Source: Desulfuromonadales bacterium GWC2_61_20 (GTDB taxonomy: Bacteria > Desulfobacterota > Desulfuromonadia > Desulfuromonadales > UBA2197). Taken from it: 50,059 nucleotides of DNA. Below are positions 11,583 to 21,435 of this stretch, in pieces. A model generated the notes under the pieces. The model worked only from the letters and a program-made list of their open reading frames with translations, had not been told where the DNA came from and made no database searches. How positions within the stretch are numbered: position 1 is the stretch's first letter; each line of letters starts with the position of its first letter. The stretch is from assembly GCA_001799485.1 (NCBI GenBank), contig MGTO01000118.1, forward strand, positions 1-50,059, given 5' to 3'. The position numbers and the translations under genes were made by a program.

Positions 11583-11787
11583 AGCTTCAACCAGGACGTG
11601 CAGGATGTCGGCAAGATTCTCCTTGCCGTAACTGGCGATCTTGGCGGTCAGGGCATTGAGGCGAGGGACGGTGGTGTTAATGGGGCTCTCCTGCGCTTAG
11701 TGTGTAGAAAATCGACTCAGCTACAGTAGCCGAAGTCGCGGACGTTGTCAAAGGGCGCTGCCAGCGCCGGAAAAACTAAGGCAAAGT

Positions 11788-11803
11788 CGGCAAAATACCT
11801 GCA
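11788..11803 (+). promoter_or_regulatory. candidate sigma-54 (-24/-12) promoter upstream of the PAS-GGDEF-EAL gene
   Basis: CGGCAAAATACCTGCA has GG (11789-11790) and GC (11801-11802) with the obligatory 10-nt separation. GGCA-N8-TGCA resembles TGGCAC-N5-TTGCA. It faces the gene that is divergent from a sigma-54 activator. An inverted repeat TGTAG-N13-CTACA at 11703-11725 could be a UAS. Confidence 0.35.
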
Positions 11804-11890
11804 TGGCGGAAAAGGGATGGTATTCTTGCTGAGCTCTGTCGCTGCCGGGGAAAGCCTCGGGATCTGGTGACAGACGCAGCTGGAGACGAC

Positions 11891-14188
11891 ATGTCCACAT
11901 CCCTTTGGTCATCGTTCTTTCCCCCGCCTGTGCGCATCGCTCTCGCCTATGTCCTGATTGCCGGGCTGTGGATCTACTTCTCCGATCGACTTTTGCTGCA
12001 GTTGACCAACAATCAACACCAGTTGGCCCGCATGGCAACCTACAAGGGATTGCTTTTCGTTCTCGTCACTGCGGGAGGTCTGCTGCTGTTGTTGAAGAAA
12101 GCCCTGGCCCGGGAGCGGCAAGCGGGGAGCGCATGGCACCGGAGCGAAGAGACCTATCGCACGCTCTTTGAAGACAATCCCCAGCCGATGTGGGTCTATG
12201 ATCGGGAGAGTCTGGCCTTTCTTGCCGTCAACGACGCGGCGGTCAGCCACTATGGTTACAGCCGGAGTGAATTCCTGGCGATGACGGTCAAGGATATCCG
12301 GCCCGCCGGGGAGGTCGCCGCGCAGCTGGAGAACGTCGCCGCCGTCAGCCGGGGGATCGACAAAGGCGGGGTCTGGAGCCATCGCAAAAAGGATGGCTGT
12401 CTCATCTCCGTCGACATCACCTCGCATACCCTCGTATTCAACGGGCGCGATGCCGAACTGGTCCTCGCCAGCGATGTCACCGCCACCTGCCAGATCGAAG
12501 CCCAACTCCAGCTGCGAAACCGCGCCATGGAAGCGAGCAGCAACGGCATCCTCATCTCCTCCACGCGAGCGTCGGGGATGCCGATCATCTATGTCAACCA
12601 GGCCTTTGAACGGATGAGCGGTTATGCCGCCGCCGAGATCCTCGGACGGCACCTGGCTTTTCTCGGCGGGGACGATTCTGCGCAAAAGGGGTTGGTCGAT
12701 ATCGTCGGCGCCCTGCATCTGGGGCATGCCGCCGAGGCGGTGGTGCGTTGCGCGCGCAAGGACGGCAGCCCCCTGTGGATCGAATTTTCGGTTGCTCCGG
12801 TGCGTGACGCCGACGGGACGATCAGCCACTTTGTCAGTGCCGTCAACGATGTGACGGAGAGAAAAAACTACGAGGAACAGCTGGAGCATCAAGCCAACCA
12901 CGATGCCCTCACCGGTTTGGCCAATCGGAATCTCTTCGCCGACCGCCTGCGGCAGAGCATGATTTATGCCCGGCGTTCCGGCCGCTTGATCGCCGTCCTC
13001 CTCCTCGACCTCGACCGCTTCAAGGTGATCAACGACAGCCTCGGTCACCGGCATGGCGACGAGCTCCTCCGTCAGGTCGGCGAGCGTCTTGGCCATTGTG
13101 TCCGCTCGGGGGACACCGTCGCCCGTCTTGGCGGCGACGAATTCGTCATTACCCTGGCGGAGGTGGCCGAAAGCGACGATATCGCCCAGGTGACGCGCAA
13201 GGTCACCGAAGCTCTGGCGATGCCATTGTTGGTAGCCGAACGGTCGCTGCAGATAACGGCAAGTATCGGCATCAGCATCTTCCCGCAGGACAGCGACGAT
13301 GGCGAAACCCTCATCCGCAACGCCGACATCGCCATGTATCAGGCCAAGCAGGCGGGGGGAGGGACCTTCCGCTTCTTTGCCCGCGAAATGAACCAGCGCA
13401 TGCAGGAAACCATGGAGATGGAAGCCGATCTGCGCCGGGCCCTCGTCCGGGGCGAACTTGAACTCCACTATCAACCGAAGGTCGATCTTGTTTCCGGGGC
13501 CGTTACCGGTTGTGAAGCGTTGCTCCGCTGGAAGCACCCGGAGCGGGGAATGATTGCGCCCCAACTTTTCATCCCCCTGGCGGAAGAAACCGGGTTGATT
13601 GTCCCCATCGGTCAGTGGGTACTGCGCACCGCCTGTCTCGAGGCGAGGTCGTGGCAAGATCGCGGACTGCCGCCGCTGGTCGTCGCCGTCAATCTTTCGG
13701 CCCGGCAGTTCCGTCAGCCCGACCTTCTGGCCACGGTCATGCAAACGTTGCTGGAGACCGAACTCAGCCCGCACGTTTTGGAGCTGGAACTGACCGAGAG
13801 CATGATCGTGGACAATCCCGAAGCCGCCGCCACCACCATGCACAAACTGCGGATCCTCGGGGTGCGCTTGGCCCTCGATGACTTCGGCACCGGCTATTCC
13901 AGCCTCAACTATCTGCGGCGCTTTCCCGTCGACGCCCTCAAGATCGACCAGTCGTTCATCGCCGATGTCGCCACCGACCGCGGCGGCGCCGCCGTCGTCA
14001 ACAGCGTCATCGCCATCGCCCACAGTCTCGGTCTCGAAGCGGTGGCCGAAGGGGTGGAAACGGTCGAGCAGCTTTACTTCCTGCGTGGCTGCCACTGCAA
14101 TACCCTGCAAGGTTATCTCTATAGCAAGCCCCTTCCCGCCGGCGAATTTGTCGCTCTTGCCACCTCCGGGCGGCGCCTGGAATGGTAG
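11891..14188 (+). CDS. membrane-anchored PAS/PAC-GGDEF-EAL c-di-GMP turnover protein
   Basis: The ATG at 11891 has GGAGA 4 nt upstream. An N-terminal hydrophobic segment and two PAS-like regions are present. The GGDEF motif is intact (RLGGDEFVI) with an RxxD I-site (RSGD) five residues upstream. The EAL domain is present (EALLRWKHP, DDFGTGYSSL). Confidence 0.9.
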   Translation: MSTSLWSSFFPPPVRIALAYVLIAGLWIYFSDRLLLQLTNNQHQLARMATYKGLLFVLVTAGGLLLLLKKALARERQAGSAWHRSEETYRTLFEDNPQPMWVYDRESLAFLAVNDAAVSHYGYSRSEFLAMTVKDIRPAGEVAAQLENVAAVSRGIDKGGVWSHRKKDGCLISVDITSHTLVFNGRDAELVLASDVTATCQIEAQLQLRNRAMEASSNGILISSTRASGMPIIYVNQAFERMSGYAAAEILGRHLAFLGGDDSAQKGLVDIVGALHLGHAAEAVVRCARKDGSPLWIEFSVAPVRDADGTISHFVSAVNDVTERKNYEEQLEHQANHDALTGLANRNLFADRLRQSMIYARRSGRLIAVLLLDLDRFKVINDSLGHRHGDELLRQVGERLGHCVRSGDTVARLGGDEFVITLAEVAESDDIAQVTRKVTEALAMPLLVAERSLQITASIGISIFPQDSDDGETLIRNADIAMYQAKQAGGGTFRFFAREMNQRMQETMEMEADLRRALVRGELELHYQPKVDLVSGAVTGCEALLRWKHPERGMIAPQLFIPLAEETGLIVPIGQWVLRTACLEARSWQDRGLPPLVVAVNLSARQFRQPDLLATVMQTLLETELSPHVLELELTESMIVDNPEAAATTMHKLRILGVRLALDDFGTGYSSLNYLRRFPVDALKIDQSFIADVATDRGGAAVVNSVIAIAHSLGLEAVAEGVETVEQLYFLRGCHCNTLQGYLYSKPLPAGEFVALATSGRRLEW

Positions 14189-14401
14189 CTGGACAGGAGA
14201 GCGCCCCCGCGTCTGTTGCGCCATCTCTCCGGGCGGCGGTGCCAGGCTGAAAAATGACTGACGGTGGACTTCCCGCTGTACCGACAGCGGGCATTCATGT
14301 CATGATAATTACAAGAAAAGCCGGCCCGCCCTGCGCTCCTGAACCGGGAAAAGCGGGGGAGGGCGCGGGCGTCAATGGTGTGGTGCGAAGGGAGGCAGTC
14401 C

Positions 14402-16792
14402 ATGCGACAGATCAGGCGGGTCGGGGTTCTTGGCGCCGGGGTGATGGGCGCGGCCATTGCCGCGCATCTGGCTAATGCAGGACTGGACGTGCTCCTGCTC
14501 GACATGGTGCCGACCGACCTCAACGACGAGGAGCGGGCGCGGGGGCTGGCCCTGGAGCATCCGGCGGTACGCAACCGCCTGGCCGCGAACGGGCTCGCCG
14601 CCGCCCTCGCCGCCCGCCCCGCCGCCTTCTACCTCAAGGATTACGCCGCCGCAATAACCGTCGGCAACTTCAGCGACGATGCCGAGCGGCTGCGCGAGTG
14701 CGACTGGGTCATCGAGGTCGTGGTGGAGAACCTGGCGATCAAGCATCGCCTCTTCACCGACACCGTCTTGCCCCATCTCGCCGCCGCCGCCATCCTCTCC
14801 AGCAATACCAGCGGCCTTTCCGTCGAGGCCATGGCGCAGGCCATGCCGCCGGAGGTGCGCCGTCGCTTTCTCGTCACCCACTTCTTCAACCCGCCCCGCT
14901 ACATGCGCCTCCTCGAACTCGTCCCCTGCGCCGATACCGACCCGCAGCTGCTGGCGGAACTCGGCGATTTTCTCCGCGCCCGCCTCGGCAAGGGGATTGT
15001 CCAGGCCAAGGATACCCCCAACTTCATCGCCAACCGCATCGGCGTCTACGCCATCTTCAACGCCATGCGCCACATGACGGCGCTCGGGTTGACGGTAGAG
15101 GAGGTTGACGCCGTCGCCGGGCCGGCGACCGCCCGCCCCAAGAGCGCCGCCTTTCGCACCGCCGACCTGGTCGGCCTCGATACCCTGATCCATGTCGGCA
15201 ACAATTCTTATGAACTCCTGCCCGACGACGAGGAGCGCGAGGTCTTCCGCATCCCCGACTATCTCCAGGCGATGGTCGCCAAGGGGCTCCTCGGCAACAA
15301 GAGCAAGGGCGGTTTTTTTCGCAAGGAGAAGGGGGAGGGGGGGAAGAGTCAGCTCTTCTATTACGACCCGGCCAGCGGCGACTATTGCCCGGCGCAGAAG
15401 CCGAAATTCCCTTCCCTGCAGGCGGCCAAGGCCATCGACGACCCGGCGGCGCGACTGCGCGCGGTGCTGGGGGGGAATGATCAGGCCGCCGCTTTCGCCT
15501 GGGTCACCCTGCGCGATGTCCTTCTCTATGCGGTCCGTCGGATTCCCGAGATAGCCGATGCCATCGTCGAGGTCGACAACGCCATGAAGTGGGGCTTCAA
15601 CTGGGAACTCGGCCCTTTCGAGATGCTCGACGCCATCGGGGTTGCCGCCTTTGTCGCCCGCGCCGAACAGGACGGAGTGGCGGTGCCGGCGGCCCTGAAA
15701 ACGACCAGCAGCTTCTACTCCTATATCGATGGGCGCCCCTGTGCCCACGACCTTGCTAGCGGCCAACCGCAACCGCTCATCATCCCGGCCGGGACGCTGC
15801 GCCTCGACATCCTCCGTCGGGGCGGCAGCGTGGTCGAGAAGAACGCCGGCGCCAGCCTCCACGACCTCGGCGACGGCGTCTTCGGCCTCGAATTCCACTC
15901 GAAGATGAACAGCATCAGCAGCGATATCCTCGCCCTGACTCCGAAAGCCATCGCCCGGGCCGAGCGCGACGGGGTCGGACTGGTCATCGGCAATCAGGGA
16001 ACCCTCTTCTCCGCCGGCGCCAACCTCATGCTGTTGGCGGTGGCGCTGGCCGAAGGGGCTTATGACGATATCGACCTGATGGTGCGCGCCTTCCAGAAGG
16101 CGACCATGGCGATCAAATGCGCCCGGGTTCCCGTCGTTGCCGCCCCCTTCAACGTCACCCTCGGTGGCGGCTGCGAATACTGCCTGCACGCCACGGCGAT
16201 CACCGCCCACGCCGAGACCTACATGGGGCTGGTCGAGGTCGGTGTCGGCCTTCTCCCCGCCGGCGGCGGCACCAAGGAGATGGCGCTGCGTTCCATTCGC
16301 CTCGCCGAGCGCTTCGGTATCGACGTGCAGCCCTTCATCGTCAAACAGTTTCGCCACATCTCCATGGCCTCCGTCTCCACCAGCGCCGCCGAACTTTTCG
16401 ACCTCGGCTATCTGCGCGAGGGGGACAGCATTGCCATGGCCGCCGATGGCCTCATTGCCGACGCCAAGGCCAAAGTTCTCGCCCTCGCCCGCAATTTCCG
16501 CCCGGCGCGGCCGCTTGACGGGCTGCCGGCACCGGGGCGCAACATCGCCGCGACGATCAAAAGCCAGCTGTGGAACCTCAAGATCGGGGGGCAGATTACC
16601 CCTTACGAGGAGGTCATGGCCGGAGTCATCGCCGGGGTCATCTGCGGCGGCGACGTGCCGGCGGGGACGCCCATCAGCGAGCAGTACCTCCTCGATCTCG
16701 AGCGCGAGGCTTTCCTCAAGCTGTGCGGGCACAAGGAGACTGCGGAACGGATTCAGCACATGCTCAAAACCGGTAAACCATTGCGTAATTAG
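14402..16792 (+). CDS. 3-hydroxyacyl-CoA dehydrogenase / enoyl-CoA hydratase fusion (dehydrogenase N-terminal, FadN-like order)
   Basis: The ATG at 14402 follows GAAGGGAGG. An N-terminal Rossmann motif (VGVLGAGVMGAAIA) is followed by a C-terminal crotonase-like region (GTLFSAGANLMLL...PVVAAPFNVTLGGG). Confidence 0.9.
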   Translation: MRQIRRVGVLGAGVMGAAIAAHLANAGLDVLLLDMVPTDLNDEERARGLALEHPAVRNRLAANGLAAALAARPAAFYLKDYAAAITVGNFSDDAERLRECDWVIEVVVENLAIKHRLFTDTVLPHLAAAAILSSNTSGLSVEAMAQAMPPEVRRRFLVTHFFNPPRYMRLLELVPCADTDPQLLAELGDFLRARLGKGIVQAKDTPNFIANRIGVYAIFNAMRHMTALGLTVEEVDAVAGPATARPKSAAFRTADLVGLDTLIHVGNNSYELLPDDEEREVFRIPDYLQAMVAKGLLGNKSKGGFFRKEKGEGGKSQLFYYDPASGDYCPAQKPKFPSLQAAKAIDDPAARLRAVLGGNDQAAAFAWVTLRDVLLYAVRRIPEIADAIVEVDNAMKWGFNWELGPFEMLDAIGVAAFVARAEQDGVAVPAALKTTSSFYSYIDGRPCAHDLASGQPQPLIIPAGTLRLDILRRGGSVVEKNAGASLHDLGDGVFGLEFHSKMNSISSDILALTPKAIARAERDGVGLVIGNQGTLFSAGANLMLLAVALAEGAYDDIDLMVRAFQKATMAIKCARVPVVAAPFNVTLGGGCEYCLHATAITAHAETYMGLVEVGVGLLPAGGGTKEMALRSIRLAERFGIDVQPFIVKQFRHISMASVSTSAAELFDLGYLREGDSIAMAADGLIADAKAKVLALARNFRPARPLDGLPAPGRNIAATIKSQLWNLKIGGQITPYEEVMAGVIAGVICGGDVPAGTPISEQYLLDLEREAFLKLCGHKETAERIQHMLKTGKPLRN

Positions 16793-16829
16793 GAACTGGT
16801 TTCGCAGTTATCACCCTCGGAGAATCGCC

Positions 16830-18002
16830 ATGAGAGCTGCCTATATCCTCGCCGCCTGTCGCACCCCCGCCTGCCGCGCCAACAAGGGGAAATTCCGCCA
16901 GCAGCGCCCCGACGACCTCGCCGCCGCCGCCCTCCGCGGGCTGCTGGCGCGGACCGGCATCGACCCGGCGGAACTCGACGACGTCATCTTCGGCTGCGCC
17001 TTTCCCGAAGGGGAGCAGGGGATGAACGTGGCGCGCATCGCTGCCCTCAAGGCCGGCATCCCGGTGGCGGTCCCGGCCCAGACCATCAACCGCTTCTGCT
17101 CCTCCGGGCTGCAGAGCATCGCCACCGCCGCCAACGCCATCGGCGCCGGCCAGGCCGAGGCGATCATCGCCGGCGGGGTCGAGTCGATGTCCCTGGTCCC
17201 CATGGGCGGCAGCAAGTTCAGCGCCAACCCCGGCCTGGTCGGGAGCTGGCCCGAGGTCTACGCCGGCATGGGCATTACCGGCGAACTGGTGGCGGCGCAA
17301 TACGCCATCGCCCGCGAGGCCCAGGACCGCTTCGCCCTCGCCAGCCACCAGAAAGCCGCCGCTGCCGTCGCCGCCGGCCACTTCATTGGGGAGATCGTGC
17401 CGGTGGAGATTGAAAACGTCGCCGTGGTCAAGAACAAGATCCAGCGCAGCACCGAGCTGGTGACGGCCGACGACGGCGTCCGCGCCGATACCACCTTCGA
17501 GGGGTTGAGCAAACTCAAGCCGGCCTTCAAGGTCGACGGCAGCATCACCGCCGGCAACGCCTCGCAGATGACCGACGGCGCCGCTGCCGTCCTGGTGGTG
17601 TCGGAGGAGTATCTCAAGCGCCTCGGCCAATCCCCGGTCGCCCGCTTCGTCGCCTTTGCCGTCAAGGGGGTGGCGCCGGAGGTCATGGGCATCGGCCCGG
17701 TAGCGGCGATCCCGGCGGCACTGCAACGGGCCGGCCTCAAACTGTCAGACCTCGGCCTGATCGAACTCAACGAAGCCTTCGCCGCCCAGGCCCTGGCGGT
17801 CATGGGCGAACTCGGTCTCGATCCGGCCCTGGTCAACGTCAACGGCGGCGCCATCGCCCTCGGCCATCCCTTGGGCTGCACCGGCAGCAAGCTCACCGCC
17901 ACCCTCCTCGCCGAAATGGCGCGGCGCCAGACCCGCTACGGCATGGTCAGCATGTGCATCGGCGGCGGCATGGGGGCGGCGGGAATTTTCGAGCGAGTGT
18001 AG
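16830..18002 (+). CDS. acetyl-CoA C-acyltransferase (thiolase)
   Basis: MRAAYILAACRTP..., with the active-site Cys region NRFCSSGLQ and C-terminal motifs NEAFAAQ, NGGAIALGHPLGCTG and CIGGGMG. The upstream part of ORF 16137.. is an out-of-context extension overlapping the preceding gene. Confidence 0.95.
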   Translation: MRAAYILAACRTPACRANKGKFRQQRPDDLAAAALRGLLARTGIDPAELDDVIFGCAFPEGEQGMNVARIAALKAGIPVAVPAQTINRFCSSGLQSIATAANAIGAGQAEAIIAGGVESMSLVPMGGSKFSANPGLVGSWPEVYAGMGITGELVAAQYAIAREAQDRFALASHQKAAAAVAAGHFIGEIVPVEIENVAVVKNKIQRSTELVTADDGVRADTTFEGLSKLKPAFKVDGSITAGNASQMTDGAAAVLVVSEEYLKRLGQSPVARFVAFAVKGVAPEVMGIGPVAAIPAALQRAGLKLSDLGLIELNEAFAAQALAVMGELGLDPALVNVNGGAIALGHPLGCTGSKLTATLLAEMARRQTRYGMVSMCIGGGMGAAGIFERV

Positions 18003-18231
18003 ATGACAAACGGCCCGCAGTGACCTGACAATTCATGGCACACTTTAAGGACCCCATTGTGCGATTACCTTCAGTTGTTGTCGCCGGCGGCGGTACCAGC
18101 CCGGGGAGCGGCTTTCCCACCATCCTCGAGTCGGTGCGCATCACCACCGATCTTCTCTGTCCGGCGCACGCTCTCCCCGGCGAGGCGCCGGGCGTTCTGC
18201 CGGTCAGCACCTTTGCCGCCGGGGACGCAGC

Positions 18232-19857
18232 ATGAACGGCGCGCTGTCGCCAACCTTCCCCCGGCGCGATACCGGCCGCCTGACGCAGCGGCGCTTCGAT
18301 GTCCTCATTGTCGGTGGCGGCATCAACGGCGCCGGTCTCGCCCGCGACCTCGCCCTGCGCGGCCTCGCCATCGCCCTGGTCGACAAGGGGGATTTTGCCT
18401 GCGGCACCTCCAGCGCCTCGACCAAACTCGTCCACGGTGGTCTGCGCTATCTCGAAGGCTTCGACCTGCGCCTGGTCTTCGAGGCCTGCCGCGAACGGCG
18501 TATCCTGCAGACCATCGCCCCGCATCTGGTCCAGCCCCTGGCCTTCTTCATTCCGGTCTACAAAGGCGATCCCCGGCCTCTGTGGATGGTGCGCGCCGGG
18601 ATGTTCCTCTATGACACCCTCGCCATGTTTCGCAACACCCACCGTCATGCCATCCTCTCCCCGCGGGAAGCCCTGGAACGCGAGCCGGTTCTCGGCGGAG
18701 AGGGGCTGACCGGGGTGGCGCATTACTGGGACTGCCGCATGGACGACGCCCGCCTCTGCCTCGAAAATGTCATGGCCGCCGCCGAGGCCGGGGCCGAAAC
18801 CGTCAATTACTGCCAGGTCACCGGCTTGTTGCGCCGCGGTGGGCGGGTGGCGGGGGCCCGGCTGCGTGATCTGGAAACGGGTGATGACCTCGAAGTGGCA
18901 GCCGAGATTGTTGTCAACACCGCTGGTCCCTGGCTCGACGCGATATGCGCTCTCGACGACGAAGGGCCGGGGAAGTTGCGCCTGACCCGCGGCAGTCACA
19001 TCCTCGTCCCACGCATCAACAAGGGGGAGGAGGCCCTCTACCTCACCTCGGGGAGTGACGCCCGCCTCTTCTTCGTCCTCCCCTGGGGGGAGCTTTCCCT
19101 CATCGGTACCACCGATGTCGATTTCCCCGCCGATCCCGACAGTGTCGCCCCCTGCGAAGAGGATATCGCCTATCTCATCACCGAAAGCAGCCGTCATCTG
19201 CGTGAACGAGCGCCGCGGCGCGACCAGGTCGTCGCCGCTTTCGCCGGGTTGCGGCCACTGGTGGCGGCCGGGGGTGTCGGCGCCTCGAAGGTCTCGCGCG
19301 AGCACCAGATCTTCGAATCGACCGGCGGCATGCTCTCCGTCGGCGGCGGCAAATACACGACCTATCGCGCCGTTGCCGCCGAGGTCGCCGGGCGGGTCTG
19401 TGATCGCCTCGGGCGCGGCCAGGGGCGAAGCACCACTGACCTCGTTCTCCTCCCCGGTGGCGCGACCGGACACTTCGACTGTTTCGTAATCAGTCATCTG
19501 CTGGAACTGACCGGCGAGCTCGGTCTCGAGCCGTCCGTCGCTCTCGGCCTGCTGCGCCGCTACGGTTCGCGCATCACCGCGCTGCAGGAGCTGGCGCGCC
19601 GCCGTCCCGAACTGGTGCGGCCGGTGGTGCCGGGATCGACGTTGCTGGCCCTGGAGGTCGTTTACGCCGCCGACAGCGAATTCGCCCGCACCCCCGACGA
19701 CATCCTGCGCCGCCGCACCTCCCTGGCCCTGGAGCCGGGGCGCGGTCTGCTTGAGGTGGCGGCGGTGGCCGAGCTGCTGGCGGCGCAATTGCATCCGGCG
19801 ACCTCCTGGCAGCAGGGGTGGGAAGACGATTATCGGGGCAAGCATGCCCATTACTGA
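18232..19857 (+). CDS. glpD: FAD-dependent glycerol-3-phosphate dehydrogenase/oxidase family protein
   Basis: 541 aa with the dinucleotide-binding motif FDVLIVGGGINGAGLARD followed by KGDFACGTSSASTKLVHGGLRYL, typical of GlpD/GlpO. Confidence 0.8.
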   Translation: MNGALSPTFPRRDTGRLTQRRFDVLIVGGGINGAGLARDLALRGLAIALVDKGDFACGTSSASTKLVHGGLRYLEGFDLRLVFEACRERRILQTIAPHLVQPLAFFIPVYKGDPRPLWMVRAGMFLYDTLAMFRNTHRHAILSPREALEREPVLGGEGLTGVAHYWDCRMDDARLCLENVMAAAEAGAETVNYCQVTGLLRRGGRVAGARLRDLETGDDLEVAAEIVVNTAGPWLDAICALDDEGPGKLRLTRGSHILVPRINKGEEALYLTSGSDARLFFVLPWGELSLIGTTDVDFPADPDSVAPCEEDIAYLITESSRHLRERAPRRDQVVAAFAGLRPLVAAGGVGASKVSREHQIFESTGGMLSVGGGKYTTYRAVAAEVAGRVCDRLGRGQGRSTTDLVLLPGGATGHFDCFVISHLLELTGELGLEPSVALGLLRRYGSRITALQELARRRPELVRPVVPGSTLLALEVVYAADSEFARTPDDILRRRTSLALEPGRGLLEVAAVAELLAAQLHPATSWQQGWEDDYRGKHAHY

Positions 19858-19874
19858 CCAAGGAGTTTGACCTC

Positions 19875-21395
19875 ATGCAGATTGATGTCCGTCGCGTCAC
19901 ACCCCTGCGCCATAAAACCCCCTGCCTCGTTGTCGGCGTCGACGAGGGGAAGAACACGACCCCTCTCCTCAAGGAGCTCGATCAGCTTCTGCACGGGGCG
20001 CTGACCCGGGCGGTTCGTTCCGGCGAGTTCAAGGGGAAGAGTGGTGAAACCCTTTTGCTCTCCGGGGTCAAACCGCTGGCGGCGGAGCGGTTGTTGCTGG
20101 TCGGCCTCGGCAAGGGGCAGCATGGACGCGACGAGCGCCTGCGCCAGGGAGCGGGGCAGGCCGCCGCGCTGTTGCAGGGGCGGCGGCTATCAGGCTTTTC
20201 CCTGGTCCTCGCCACCTTCTGTGGCAACATGACGCCCGCCGCGGTGGCGGGAATCGTCAGCGAGGGGATCCTCCTCGGTTCCTACCGCTTCGATCGCTAT
20301 CGCACCGAGAATGCCGACACCCGGCCGCAATCGCTGCAGACCGTCACCCTGCTGGCGGCAACAGCGGCGGACGTGGCGGCGGCGACCGCGGCGGTGACCG
20401 CGGCTGAGGCCGTCTGCCGCGGGGTGGTTCTCGCCCGCGATCTGGTCAATGAGCCGGGGAATGTCAAGTCGCCGGAATATCTCGCCACGCAGGCCCGGAA
20501 TATCGCCGCCGCTGGCGGCATGCGTTGTTCCGTGCTGGAACGGAAGCAACTGGAAGAGGAGGGGTGGGGGGCGCTTCTTGGCGTCGCCCAGGGGAGCGCG
20601 CGCGAGCCGCGCCTGATCGTTCTCGAATATCAGGGCGCCGGGGAAGGGGAGCGTCCCCTCGCCCTGGTCGGCAAGGGGGTGGTCTTCGATGCCGGCGGTA
20701 TCTCCCTGAAGCCGGCGGAGAAGATGGATGAGATGAAGATGGACATGGCCGGAGCCGCCGCCGTCCTCGGCACCCTGCAGGCTGCCGCCGCGCTGCGTCT
20801 CCCCGTCAATCTCGTCGGCATCATCCCGGCGGTGGAGAATCTCCCCTCCGGCACCGCTTACCGTCCCGGCGACATCCTCACCTCCCTCTCCGGACGCACG
20901 GTGGAGATTCTCAACACCGATGCCGAAGGGCGACTCATTCTCGCTGACGCCTTGACCTGCGCCAAACGCTATAACCCCCGCGCCGTCATCGATCTCGCCA
21001 CCCTGACCGGCGCCTGCATCATCGCCCTCGGCCATCATGCCAGCGCCGTCCTCGGCAACAACGAGGCCCTGATCCAGGCTCTGCTCAAGGCCGGCGAAAC
21101 GAGCGGCGAACGGCTCTGGCAGCTCCCTTTGTGGGAGGAGTACGGCGCCCAGATCAAGAGCGAGGTGGCCGACGTCAAGAACACCGGTGGCCGCCCGGCC
21201 GGGACGATTACCGCCGCCGCCTTCCTCCAGACCTTTGCCGCCGATCTGACCTGGGCTCATCTCGACATCGCCGGCACTGCCTGGGAGGAAAAAGGGCGCG
21301 GCGATGTGCCCAAGGGGGGGACCGGTGTCGGCGTGCGCCTCCTTGTCTGCTATCTCCAGCAGCAGATCGAACGGGACCGGCGGAAAAAAGCTTGA
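19875..21395 (+). CDS. pepA: leucyl aminopeptidase (M17)
   Basis: The ATG at 19875 has AAGGAG upstream. The M17 signature NTDAEGRLILADAL and metal-ligand regions (VGKGVVFDAGGISLK, DMAGAA) are present. Confidence 0.95.
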   Translation: MQIDVRRVTPLRHKTPCLVVGVDEGKNTTPLLKELDQLLHGALTRAVRSGEFKGKSGETLLLSGVKPLAAERLLLVGLGKGQHGRDERLRQGAGQAAALLQGRRLSGFSLVLATFCGNMTPAAVAGIVSEGILLGSYRFDRYRTENADTRPQSLQTVTLLAATAADVAAATAAVTAAEAVCRGVVLARDLVNEPGNVKSPEYLATQARNIAAAGGMRCSVLERKQLEEEGWGALLGVAQGSAREPRLIVLEYQGAGEGERPLALVGKGVVFDAGGISLKPAEKMDEMKMDMAGAAAVLGTLQAAAALRLPVNLVGIIPAVENLPSGTAYRPGDILTSLSGRTVEILNTDAEGRLILADALTCAKRYNPRAVIDLATLTGACIIALGHHASAVLGNNEALIQALLKAGETSGERLWQLPLWEEYGAQIKSEVADVKNTGGRPAGTITAAAFLQTFAADLTWAHLDIAGTAWEEKGRGDVPKGGTGVGVRLLVCYLQQQIERDRRKKA

Positions 21396-21435
21396 CAGTC
21401 GGCGGCGATCCTCTTAAAGTTAGCGCTTACTTTAT

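Noticed and set aside
9375-11729. 784-aa ORF antisense to the sigma-54 activator. The same reasoning applies to 11909..14224, 14372..16759, 17947..19851, 20190..21260, 33891..35267, 39160..41022, 44379..46166 and 48782..49972.
   Set aside because: All are mirror frames of well-supported genes. Their compositions are low-complexity and they lack SD sequences and family motifs.
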